Position numbers and translations under genes: made by a program
The notes under the pieces: model-generated
What the model saw: only the letters and a program-made list of their open reading frames with translations
What the model was told of the DNA's origin: nothing
Database searches by the model: none
Source of the DNA: a virus
Length of the DNA: 64,000 nt
Virus record (IMG/VR): IMGVR_UViG_3300023278_002223
Location: 1-64,000 of that record
Reading direction: 5' to 3' (one strand)
In this document: positions 10,393-20,200 of the stretch, in pieces
Layout of the letters: each line of letters starts with the position of its first letter
How positions within the stretch are numbered: position 1 is the first letter of the stretch

Positions 10393-10394
10393 AG

Positions 10395-11288
10395 ATGTCA
10401 ACAGCAAGCTTTAAGAGATATGAGAGCTCTGATTTGCTTGGCCTAAACGTCGAGCAGCATCTAGACATCAAGTTCCTTGAGAACGGAATGTATTCCAACG
10501 TTGCCTCAGGGCAGGGCTGGTATACAGATAGCTCCAGAATTGACACTTTGACAAGAAAGACTGCCACTGTTTACGAGTCAAGCTTTGACAACTGGGTTAT
10601 TGAGGGAGACGTAACGGGGCCATCTGGCTACGCTGTTACAGTAGCCTCAGGGATCTATGTAGACGGTGTTTTCTCTCTCTGGGGCAGCGGGGCATTAGCT
10701 CCTAAGATCGATTACAATAGAGGCAGAGTTATTTTCGCGTCAGACCCAGGGTCTTCAGCAGTGATCTCTGCTGAATTCTCATACAAGAGGGTTGCAGTAA
10801 CAGACGCAGACTCAAGTGCTTCACAGAACGTATTTTCACTATATAAAGATAACGTTGACGCAACTGTCCACGGGGCACCATCCGGCATGGTGAACCAACT
10901 TCCTTTGGTTGCTATTGACTTCCAGGGAAGGGAATTGGGCGCTAGACAGCTTGGAGGAGGGTCTACCGTCGATCAGGATGTAGTGTTCCATATTGTGGCA
11001 AACACAAAGCAGGACGCTAATAAGATCGTTGACGTTTTGAGCACCAAGTCTTACAGGAAGGTTATTCAGGGTGTAGATTTTAATGATACACCGACCTTGT
11101 TCGACAGATACGGTGGGAAAGCCGGAACTTACGCTGATTATACTACACTACAAGCTAACAGCTCATACCAATGGGAGAAGCTTTATGTGGAGGATACTAA
11201 GGTAAAACAGGGGCCAAAAGAAAACCTGGGCCTTTATACAGCCAGGGTTGACTGGACTTTGAGATTTTATCTACCAGCAGGAGGGTAA
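10395..11288 (+). CDS. Tail terminator-like protein
   Basis: QLPLVAID...RQLGG..DVVFHIVA C-terminal pattern; immediately upstream of tail tube. Confidence 0.55.
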   Translation: MSTASFKRYESSDLLGLNVEQHLDIKFLENGMYSNVASGQGWYTDSSRIDTLTRKTATVYESSFDNWVIEGDVTGPSGYAVTVASGIYVDGVFSLWGSGALAPKIDYNRGRVIFASDPGSSAVISAEFSYKRVAVTDADSSASQNVFSLYKDNVDATVHGAPSGMVNQLPLVAIDFQGRELGARQLGGGSTVDQDVVFHIVANTKQDANKIVDVLSTKSYRKVIQGVDFNDTPTLFDRYGGKAGTYADYTTLQANSSYQWEKLYVEDTKVKQGPKENLGLYTARVDWTLRFYLPAGG

Positions 11289-11310
11289 CAAACAGATTTT
11301 ATCACTAGAT

Positions 11311-11320
11311 TTCGTATATT
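11311..11320 (+). promoter_or_regulatory. Putative late promoter TTCGTATATT
   Basis: One-mismatch motif copy upstream of tail tube gene. Confidence 0.6.
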
Positions 11321-11440
11321 AAGTTGGAGGACGGTACACATCACTAGTGAACCAAATGTGTGTTTTTAAGTGTTTTTTTTCAGTGTTTTACAATAGTTAA
11401 CTAATTTTCATAATTCGTTGCAGCGAAGGGACTTATAAAG

Positions 11441-12685
11441 ATGGCTAATAACAGAATTACATACGCCACAGCCCAGCTTGCGATCAAAGACAACCGCTTG
11501 TCCACCACCAACCTCATCCACGGCATGTACTCAGGTACAACTGCCAGTGGAGCCATGAGCACTGGTGGATCAACCATCGACCTCAACGCCGACATCAGTT
11601 CAAACTGGCCAGCAACTGGTACTGTCGTAATTGATGGATCTGGTACAAACGAGCGCGAGTACTGCACCTACACAGGCATCACTGCCGCACAGCTCACCGG
11701 GGTTACCCGTGGTGCTGACGGAACTACCGATGCAGTCCATGTGAACGGTGCTAAGATTGAAGTCGCAGGATGGGAGATTCCACTAGGAGTACAGTCAGTA
11801 TCAATTGGTACTGCTTTCTCTCTAGAGGATGTCTTCACCCTAGGTCAGCTAGACTCCTACGAGAACGTAGAAGGAATTCCAGAGATCGAAATGACCGTTG
11901 AGCGCGTCATGGATGGCACAAAGCCACTATGGCTCATGGTTTCAGACTCTGACTACTCTACCCTCAAAGGGCGTACAGCAAACTACAAGGTTGACGCAGC
12001 TGTTTCTGTCTTCCCAGACACTCAAGATAGTGCAACTGGTACAGCGGACAGCACAGTCACATGCTCAGGTATGGTTACCTCTGCTCTTTCATACTCAATG
12101 ACAACTGATGGCAACTTCACCGAGTCAGTAACCCTAACAGGTTCTGACAAAAGTTGGACCAACATCGAGGGTATTCCAGCAGGAGTATTCGATGTAGCAG
12201 CAGCATACAGCGCCACCAGCGTTGGCTCTGGAGTACTACGCTCCGAAGAGTTCAACAAGGCAGGCTCAACATTGCCAGCAGACATCGATAGCACCAACGA
12301 CCATATTCAGTCAATCGACGTTTCAGTAGACATCTCTCGTGAGGAGATCTTCGAGCTAGGAACCAAAGCAGCATACTTCAAAGCTGTATCATTCCCAGTG
12401 ACAGTATCTACCACATTCGAGGTTGTTACCGATGACGGCGATGGAGTTGAAGCAGATTCAACCGTTGATAACCTAACTGCTCGCCAGATCACACTCTTGA
12501 CTACAGACGGGTTGACCATCAACCTCGGTGCTAACAACAAGCTAGCATCTGTAGACTTCAGTGGGTTCGACGCAAGTGGTGGTAACGGTGCGGTTTCATA
12601 CGAGTACACAAACTCAAACAGCATCACCATTACTCACTCCGGCTACTCAACAGCTGTAGACACTAACGCTCTTCTAGAGAACTAA
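11441..12685 (+). CDS. Major tail (tube) protein
   Basis: MANNRITYA start, GVQSVSI..FTLGQLDSYEN and HIQSIDVSVDISREEIFELG motifs, own promoter and downstream hairpin, high-expression codon style. Confidence 0.7.
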   Translation: MANNRITYATAQLAIKDNRLSTTNLIHGMYSGTTASGAMSTGGSTIDLNADISSNWPATGTVVIDGSGTNEREYCTYTGITAAQLTGVTRGADGTTDAVHVNGAKIEVAGWEIPLGVQSVSIGTAFSLEDVFTLGQLDSYENVEGIPEIEMTVERVMDGTKPLWLMVSDSDYSTLKGRTANYKVDAAVSVFPDTQDSATGTADSTVTCSGMVTSALSYSMTTDGNFTESVTLTGSDKSWTNIEGIPAGVFDVAAAYSATSVGSGVLRSEEFNKAGSTLPADIDSTNDHIQSIDVSVDISREEIFELGTKAAYFKAVSFPVTVSTTFEVVTDDGDGVEADSTVDNLTARQITLLTTDGLTINLGANNKLASVDFSGFDASGGNGAVSYEYTNSNSITITHSGYSTAVDTNALLEN

Positions 12686-12708
12686 GTGGATAAGATGATC
12701 TAAATGGG

Positions 12709-12738
12709 TGGGGGTGAGTCATTGGCGGCTCACCCCCA
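12709..12738 (+). terminator. Strong hairpin after tail tube gene
   Basis: TGGGGGTGAGTC-loop-GGCTCACCCCCA; no clear U-tract. Confidence 0.55.
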
Positions 12739-12781
12739 ACAGCATTAAGTTAAAAGGCACCACACTACAAGGATTAGACAC

Positions 12782-13549
12782 ATGGCAGACCTATTTCAGT
12801 TTGGACCAACAGGCAGAGGGATTTATGTAGACGCCAGTGGTGCGTTGCAGATTAATACAAGCCCTTCTGCAAGTGGCTTTATCTTTGGGTATGGAACAGA
12901 GGGATTCCCTCTTTTGGTTGACGCAAGTGGAAACCTAAAGGTTAACGACGCAAATCCTACACCACACGCAACCGCACTAAACGAACTAACAGACGTTAGC
13001 ACATCCGGAGCAATATCCGGACAGTTTCTTGAGTACAATGGGGCTAGCTGGCTCCCAGGTGACCTCATCGTAGGTTTCGATGAACTTCTTGACGTAATAG
13101 TTACCTCAGCAACATCAGGACAGAGTGTCGAATTCGACGGTTCCGTATGGAGAAACGTCAATGCAGCAGCAGCTACCAACCTATCGGGCCTTTCGGACAC
13201 AACAATCACAACCCCAGCAAGCGGCGAATTCCTTGAATACAACGGAAGCGCGTGGGTAAACAAGGCAGACGTGTTCACAACAGTGAGCGGAAGCCTAACA
13301 CTAAACAAGACAACTCACAGGTATATCAAAGTAGATACGAGCGGAGGAGACGTCACACTAACTCTTCCACTTAGTTCGGATGGACTTCACCTCTACGACC
13401 TATGGAAAACAACAAGTGACACAAATGACGTGATCATCTCCAGAGCTGGAAGTGACACAATCATCGGAGAGACCACCTTTACATTTAACACACAGTGGGC
13501 TCATTATGAACTAGTGGCAGACACCGGGACAGGGTGGCTAATCAAGTAA
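12782..13549 (+). CDS. Short fibre protein (paralogous N-terminus to 3547 gene)
   Basis: MADLFQFGP..IYVDASGALQI, three LxDV/Y(N/D)G..W repeats, C-terminal VDTSGGDVTLTLP domain. Confidence 0.7.
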   Translation: MADLFQFGPTGRGIYVDASGALQINTSPSASGFIFGYGTEGFPLLVDASGNLKVNDANPTPHATALNELTDVSTSGAISGQFLEYNGASWLPGDLIVGFDELLDVIVTSATSGQSVEFDGSVWRNVNAAAATNLSGLSDTTITTPASGEFLEYNGSAWVNKADVFTTVSGSLTLNKTTHRYIKVDTSGGDVTLTLPLSSDGLHLYDLWKTTSDTNDVIISRAGSDTIIGETTFTFNTQWAHYELVADTGTGWLIK

Positions 13550-13589
13550 CCACTCTTGAATAGCAGGAACAAAAGAAAGAGAAAGCAAA

Positions 13590-15266
13590 ATGGCATTTGA
13601 ACCAAATAGGCTACGCGGACACGTTATCAGCACAGCCAACAGCACCACAACCCCATTGGCTTCCGGTGCAACCTTCACAGGAACATGGGAAGATGTAACA
13701 GACTACTCATGTGTAGCGACTTCTATCCTAGGGTCCGTGTCGACAAATGGAAACCTATACTTTGACCTCTCCACAGACGGAGGATCAACTTATACATCAG
13801 TACCTTCCACAGTATCTGACACGACTTTTTGTGTTCCAAGAATCCTAAACGTAGTAGAGACCCATTACAGGATTCGCTATGTGAACGGTAGCACTGCGAT
13901 GACGGGGACTTTCTCCATCCAGTCCAAGCATTCCAATGCACAGCCTATCTCTCTGCTATCCTCTGCGGATGGAACAGTTAGATCAGAAACCCCAGTACAG
14001 GTGATGAAGACTATTATCGCTGGAAAAACACACGGTGGAACATTCAAAAACGTACCAGTAGACCATGACGGACACCTCGCCACCGATGTTCCTCTGACAG
14101 CATTCGGAGACTTAAGAACTGCCGAGCTAAGCCCGGTGTTCCAGACGTCCTTCGAGTACACTGTTGACAATACTGAAATCGGAACCTCAGACAACGCAGT
14201 CAGTGGAACTACAACACAGGCAGATGCTATGTGTGTCGTTTCAACAGTTGGATCAACAAGCGGATCTCATGCACAGTGGAGATCTGCTCACAACGAGAAG
14301 TATCGTGCCGGACTAGGTGGCCTCTTTCGTGGAACAGCAATGTTCTCAGCAGGGGTATCTGGAACAGAACAGGCAATTGGCCTCATGGACGAAGATGGAG
14401 TCTCAGCTTCCCACAAGAACGGCTATGCAATCGGATACAACGGAACAGAGTTCGGGTTCTTCAACTGGTCCAACGACTCACTGAACTTCACAGCCATGAC
14501 AACTTGGGACGATCCACTAGACGGAACTGGCGAAAGTGGGATGACGCTCGATCCGACCATGCTGAACGTATATTTTATTGAATTCCAATACCTAGGTGCT
14601 GGAGCAATTAAGATTTGGGTCGAGAGTGATTTAACTGGCAAGATGTTCGCAGCGCACACTATTCAGTACGCAAACAGCTTCACAGTCCCGTCCTGCTATA
14701 ATCCAAACTTTCACATCAATCTACACATCCAAAACGGGCAGACTACGGAAAACATCACGGCGAAGACAGCATCTGTGGCTTACTTCGTTGAAGGCAAGAC
14801 TAAGCACACAGAGGTACAGCAGCCTCACTTCTCCTCTGACAAAGTAGAAACCACTACTGTCACTAGTGAGGTAGCATTGTTCACGATTAGGAATAAGACC
14901 ACCTATGCTAGCAAGACCAACTTCATTGATATCGTACTTGAGCACATGACATCTGCAATCGAAGCTGGCGCAACGAACAACCTTGGATTCGTAAAATTAG
15001 TAAAGAATGCCACACTAGGGGGAAGTCCTTCTTACAGTGACATCAATGCAACAAACAGCGTTGTCGAGATTGACACATCTGGAACAACAGTAACAGGTGG
15101 AACGAACCTTGTTGGATCATCTCTAGCTGGAAAGAATGACAAGGATAGTGTAAATATCAAAGACTTCGACTTCATTCTGTCCCCAGGTGACACAATCACG
15201 TTCGCTGGATCTAGCGCAAACTCGGCTACTATCCACGCAGACTTGCTCTGGAAGGAACTTTTCTAG
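13590..15266 (+). CDS. Virion structural protein, beta-rich
   Basis: 558 aa, T/S/G rich, in structural cluster. Confidence 0.5.
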   Translation: MAFEPNRLRGHVISTANSTTTPLASGATFTGTWEDVTDYSCVATSILGSVSTNGNLYFDLSTDGGSTYTSVPSTVSDTTFCVPRILNVVETHYRIRYVNGSTAMTGTFSIQSKHSNAQPISLLSSADGTVRSETPVQVMKTIIAGKTHGGTFKNVPVDHDGHLATDVPLTAFGDLRTAELSPVFQTSFEYTVDNTEIGTSDNAVSGTTTQADAMCVVSTVGSTSGSHAQWRSAHNEKYRAGLGGLFRGTAMFSAGVSGTEQAIGLMDEDGVSASHKNGYAIGYNGTEFGFFNWSNDSLNFTAMTTWDDPLDGTGESGMTLDPTMLNVYFIEFQYLGAGAIKIWVESDLTGKMFAAHTIQYANSFTVPSCYNPNFHINLHIQNGQTTENITAKTASVAYFVEGKTKHTEVQQPHFSSDKVETTTVTSEVALFTIRNKTTYASKTNFIDIVLEHMTSAIEAGATNNLGFVKLVKNATLGGSPSYSDINATNSVVEIDTSGTTVTGGTNLVGSSLAGKNDKDSVNIKDFDFILSPGDTITFAGSSANSATIHADLLWKELF

Positions 15267-15279
15267 AGAGCAACTTAAA

Positions 15280-15289
15280 AACGTATAAT
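15280..15289 (+). promoter_or_regulatory. Putative late promoter AACGTATAAT
   Basis: CGTATAAT core in intergenic region. Confidence 0.6.
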
Positions 15290-15332
15290 AGTGTGAGGCG
15301 GCACAATCAGCTCTCTTAGAAGGGCGGGCAGC

Positions 15333-16355
15333 ATGGATTCGGACAAGGTGATAAACAAAATACTATGGGGCAAGTCAATATGCCGCGTAGAGGACGGAGA
15401 GGGAACCCAGAGGACATATATCCTCAGGGCTCTTTCCATATCAGAACAAAACAAGATAGACTTCATCTACGAGAATGCTCTAGAGGAGTCTAAAGAGGCT
15501 GGAATCCTAACAGAGAGCCAGTTAAAAGAGGAATACGACAAAGCAGGAGCCTGGACAGCAGAAGACGAACAGGGACTAGAGGATACTAAGGTTGAAATTC
15601 GTCGTCTTAAGCATCAGATCAAGGACTCCGAATTCCATGCATCCAGAAAGAGGCTGCTGGAGAGAAAGCTAAAGCAAGCAGACGCTAAGGTCACAGACTA
15701 CAGAGAACAAAAGGATAAACTTTTTAGCGTCAGTGCGGAAGCAAGAGCAGAAGAGGTAGCTAGGCGTCATATGGTGGCAAAGTCCACCCTAGACGAGAAC
15801 GAAGCCCCAATATGGGATTCAGAGCGATCTTTTCTTGCAGAACCAGACACAACATTAATACTAAATTTGGCAATAGCCTACCTCAGAAACAATCTCCTGT
15901 CGGAGGCTGATGTGAGGAAGGTCGCACGAAGTGGGGCCTGGAGATACCGCTGGAGCGCATCCAAGAATGGCGAGAGCCTGTTCGGATGCTCAATTTCAGA
16001 GTGGTCAGAACTCCAGAACACCCTAGTCTACTGGTCTCAGTATTACGATTACGTATTTGAGAACCCAGACAGGCCTAGCGATTTCATCATCAACGATGAT
16101 GGGGCCCTAGATGCGTGGGTAGAATCCGACGTCAAGAAGGGCGCAGGGGCAGCCAGCAACGGAACAAAGAACAACGGACACCAAGAAAACTTCATAATGG
16201 TGCCCGATGCAAACAAGGACACAATAGGCAGGGTTCAAGATATGAACTCTGACAAGGTAAAAAGGCAGCTAAGCGAGGAGCGCGAAGCTATTAAACAAGA
16301 AGGAACCATTTCAGAATGGAACCTAAGGAAGGGCAAGAAGGATGGAACAGGATAA
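15333..16355 (+). CDS. Putative tail assembly chaperone
   Basis: Charged coiled-coil protein upstream of tape measure; similar to 16574 gene. Confidence 0.45.
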   Translation: MDSDKVINKILWGKSICRVEDGEGTQRTYILRALSISEQNKIDFIYENALEESKEAGILTESQLKEEYDKAGAWTAEDEQGLEDTKVEIRRLKHQIKDSEFHASRKRLLERKLKQADAKVTDYREQKDKLFSVSAEARAEEVARRHMVAKSTLDENEAPIWDSERSFLAEPDTTLILNLAIAYLRNNLLSEADVRKVARSGAWRYRWSASKNGESLFGCSISEWSELQNTLVYWSQYYDYVFENPDRPSDFIINDDGALDAWVESDVKKGAGAASNGTKNNGHQENFIMVPDANKDTIGRVQDMNSDKVKRQLSEEREAIKQEGTISEWNLRKGKKDGTG

Positions 16356-16581
16356 GCACAGCAGAGAGGAAGCCAAGAGGTACATCGAAAGCAACATCAA
16401 AAGCGTTTACAAGCAATGCTTGGAGGCAATTGAGATGCGCTTCGGTCGTGACTTTGAGGGCTTTTCCTCCATTAGGTCAAAGATCTTGAGATCAGGGAAC
16501 GACGCAATTAGAAAGATGAAGACATTTCTAGATGCAACTGACACAGGGGCAAGCAGCAGTGAGGAGAGTCAAGATGTCTAA
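16342..16581 (+). CDS. Hypothetical protein
   Basis: 79 aa ORF overlapping both neighbours. Confidence 0.6.
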   Translation: MEQDKHSREEAKRYIESNIKSVYKQCLEAIEMRFGRDFEGFSSIRSKILRSGNDAIRKMKTFLDATDTGASSSEESQDV

Positions 16582-17251
16582 AAGCAGAGAATTCGTAGTA
16601 TCCGTAGATGGAGAAGACAAGACTCTTCTGTTCTCATCTCCAAACCAAGAAAACATGTTCGAGATCGACAAGCACTATAGAAAAATCTACTCTGAGGCAA
16701 TCAGAGAGGGAATCATGACAGAGGCAGAAGCAAGGAAGAGATTTCAAGCTTCAGAAGCCTGGACCAAGCTAGACGAGTCATCAATCAACACTCAGTCCAA
16801 CATGGTGGCTGAGCTAGAGCTATTCCTAGAGGCAGAGAAGGATCCAGACAAGGCTTCAGAGATCGCAGCTAATCTTGCGGAGATCAGAGCGGACCTTCTT
16901 GAGTCTCTAACAATGAAGAATGAGATCTTTGCCATGACTGCAGAGATGATCGCCCTTGAGCAAAAGATGCACAAGTTTTGCGAGCTTTGTTGCACAGACG
17001 ACAAGGGAGACAGGTTGTTCTCAGATTCAAAGTCCTATCAGGAGTTCTCAGAGACAAACCCATCTGCTCTTTCAACAGTGTTCGCAGAGGCTCATATCTT
17101 TGAGTTTGAGATCCCAGAAGACATGACCTCTGACTGGGGTGAAGTTAAATTCGTACAGAACCTAGTCAAAGAGGCTGAAGCCAAAGAGGCCAAGAAGTCA
17201 GCAAAAAAGACTAGAGCAAGAAAAACAAAAACAAAGACTACAAAGAAGTAG
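16574..17251 (+). CDS. Putative tail assembly chaperone
   Basis: GAGGAG SD before ATG 16574; directly upstream of tape measure. Confidence 0.5.
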   Translation: MSKSREFVVSVDGEDKTLLFSSPNQENMFEIDKHYRKIYSEAIREGIMTEAEARKRFQASEAWTKLDESSINTQSNMVAELELFLEAEKDPDKASEIAANLAEIRADLLESLTMKNEIFAMTAEMIALEQKMHKFCELCCTDDKGDRLFSDSKSYQEFSETNPSALSTVFAEAHIFEFEIPEDMTSDWGEVKFVQNLVKEAEAKEAKKSAKKTRARKTKTKTTKK

Positions 17252-17272
17252 TTCTGATCGGGGAGATAGACT

Positions 17273-20200
17273 GTGGCAGCAAACGACTTTATTCTAAATC
17301 TTGGGGTTAAGTTTAGCCCAAAAGACGTGGATACAAAGGCAATCAAATTAGCAATAGCCAAGGCGGCTGCTGCTTCTAAGGTTGTTATTTCCAAAGCCTC
17401 ATTGAGCAAAACAGCGCAAGAAGGAATCAAGAAGTCCTTGGCTGGCGCATCTATCTCCCTGTCAAACGTTAAGATTGACACCAAAGGAAAGGCAACAATA
17501 CAGGCCGCCTTTGGTAAGATGGCACTAAGGTTGAACAACGTTCAGCTATCAAGAGCCGGAGCCTCAAAAATGCAGGCCCAGGTTAAGGCAATGCCATTCT
17601 TTATTGGCAACATCAGGATAAACGCAGCAGCACAGAGGCAACTACAGGCCCAGCTCGGAACACTCAGAGTTTCAGCCCAACCAGCGTCAAGACAGGCAGC
17701 CAATGCAGCCGCAAGACCTGGAGGGGGGTCAGGAGGCGGAACTGGCCCGCTCAACGAGCAAGACACAGCATCTAGAGTTCAGCAGATCAAGAACAACAAT
17801 AAGGTATTGGCTCAGTACGCCAGGACAGCAACTGGGGCAGAGAAAGCCGAAGTGGCCCTCAACAGGGTTGTAGCCAACTCAGGAAGAAGCTGGCAGCTAG
17901 CCGGAGCAAGAATCGGAGCAGTAGTAAAGAGGTTCGGGGAATACACAATCGCCGCCTCTCTCGTGCTAAACCTAACCAAGGGATTCAGGAGCGCAGCTCA
18001 GGGACTCACAGAGTTCGACAACGCGCTACAAGACCTCTCTAAGATTGCTGCGGTAACCGACAAGATAGATCAGGCAGGAAGAGGACTAACCAACGTAGCT
18101 CTAAGCACTGGTAAAAGCGTAACTGACGTATCCACAGCCCTTAACGACTTCGCTCGTCAGGGACTGGGCCTACAGGATGCTCTAAACAAAACAGAACAAT
18201 CACTAAGACTAACCAACATCTCACAGTTGTCGGCTGCCGACTCTGCGAAGATCGTTACCGCATCATATAAGGTCTTCGGCCTAACAAATGAATCACTGTC
18301 TGAGTCGCTAGATAAGCTATCCGTGTTCGCGGATAAGAGCGCGACAAACGTAACCGAGATTGGTAAAGCGTTCTTGAGGTCAGCTTCGTCAGCAGCCTCT
18401 GCTGGGCTAGAGATTGACCAATTCCAGGCGATCCTAGCTGCCACATTGGAAGCGACTCGACTAAACTCAAGTCAGATTGGTACCGCGTTCAAGACAATTC
18501 TAGCCAGAATCCAGAGAGACGCGCCAAAGCTAAGAAAGCTTGCTAACGGATTCTTGGACCTAAACGACGCACTGAGACTCAACGCTTCAGACACAGTATT
18601 CGAGACCTTCCAGAAGGTTGCGGGAATCTTCCCTAAGCTAAACGGACAGCAGAAGAACATGATCTCACTACAGATCGCTGGTGTTCGTCAGGCTAACATT
18701 ATATCAGCAGCATTCAGCAACTTCGGCAAAGTGAACGAGTTGCTAGATCCTCAACTACAGACAACAGGAAAAGCCCTAGAGAAGAATGCAGAGCAGCTAC
18801 AGAAGCTAAGCGTTAGATCTCAGAACTTCCAAACATCCATCAAGGCTTTGGCTGCCGAGGTTGTTGGGTTTAACAAGGGTGCAGACGAACGAGGATTCGG
18901 AGCTACCGCCATAGTCGGTGCAGTAGATGCAGCAACAGATTTCGTTAACATTATAAGAGATGTAAACAAGGGCTTCGACTCTCTTGTTGCTGGCGCTGGA
19001 GCTTTCGGAAAAGTGTTCAATATCGCCGCGATTGCAGCATTCTTCACAGTTACAAACGTTGCCATCAGGAAGGTCGTTGCCGGAACAAAGCTATTCCTTG
19101 GATCAACCCAGCAGGCCGCTGGGGTTGTCGGGCAGCTTAACACGCAGCTGAGTGGGACTGTCAATGCAGAGAGGCTCGTTACAAACGAGCTAAGAACCCA
19201 GAACGCACTAAGAAAAGGCGGTCTAGCTATCGGTGGAGCCGGAGCTGGGAAAGCTGCTACAGGTGGAGTTGGAAAAGCCGGAAGCGCACTTAAGGCTGGA
19301 GGATCAGCACTCGCTGTCTTCGGTCTGCTTGAGGTTCTAGGCTCACAGTCACAAAAGCTAACCGCCAGGATAGAGGAGACAACAGAGGAGGTCGGAGAGC
19401 TCGGAGCAGTAAGCGCCACAGCGTCTGACCAGACAAAGCTCCTATTGGCTAACTTCACAAAGACAGCCCTAATAGCGGGATTCGTAGGAAAGTCTCTTCT
19501 CGGACTAAGCACCAAGGCCACAGCGCTAGGCGCTGGGCTTATTGCAGCTGTTTCATTCGCAGCAGCCGCCAGAGAGCAGGCAAAGAAAGCATCAGAGCTA
19601 AGCCAAGCGCAAACAGACGTATCAAACCTACTACAGGACTCAGCCAGGTCAGCAGAAGCAGTAGCGTCGGCTCTAGCAAGTGTGAGCCAGGATGTCCTTA
19701 AAACCAACATCGGTGCGAACATCGAAGCCCTAGGGGCAAAAACAGCAGGGTCTCTAGACGCGAACATCCAGAAGCTATTTGGAGACATCGGGCTAAACGA
19801 CAGAAACCTTGGAAACCTATCAGCCAAGTTCGAGACACTAACAAGAACAATCTCAAAAACAACAGACAGCCTTCAGAATGCTTTCGACTTCGAGTCAACA
19901 GTAAAGTCAGCAGCATCCACAAGACAGGAAGCCCTGGCCACAGAGAAGCTAATAACAGAGGGAATAACAAGGGACACAGCCGGACTCTTGGCAAAAGTCA
20001 ACACCATTGGAGAAGAGTTCTCGTTCACAATAGCCGGAGCTGGAGAAAGCTTCCTTGCTGACACCCTAAGGGCAGTTCAGGCAGCTGAACAAGGCGGATC
20101 CTTTGATGGGGCAATCGCCTCAGAGGGGTTCGAGAGAATTAGCGCAGAGATAGACAAGCAAACAGAGGCTGCCGAAAACCTAAATAGGCAGTACAGAATA

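Noticed and set aside
17203-17209. A-AAA-AAG slippery heptamer near the end of the chaperone gene before the tape measure
   Set aside because: The -1 frame hits TAG after one further codon (GAC TAG), so it cannot give a G/GT-type extension.
18820-19827. 335-aa antisense ORF, and many other shadow ORFs in the track
   Set aside because: They lie opposite well-supported genes, have no recognisable motifs and are explained by codon bias.
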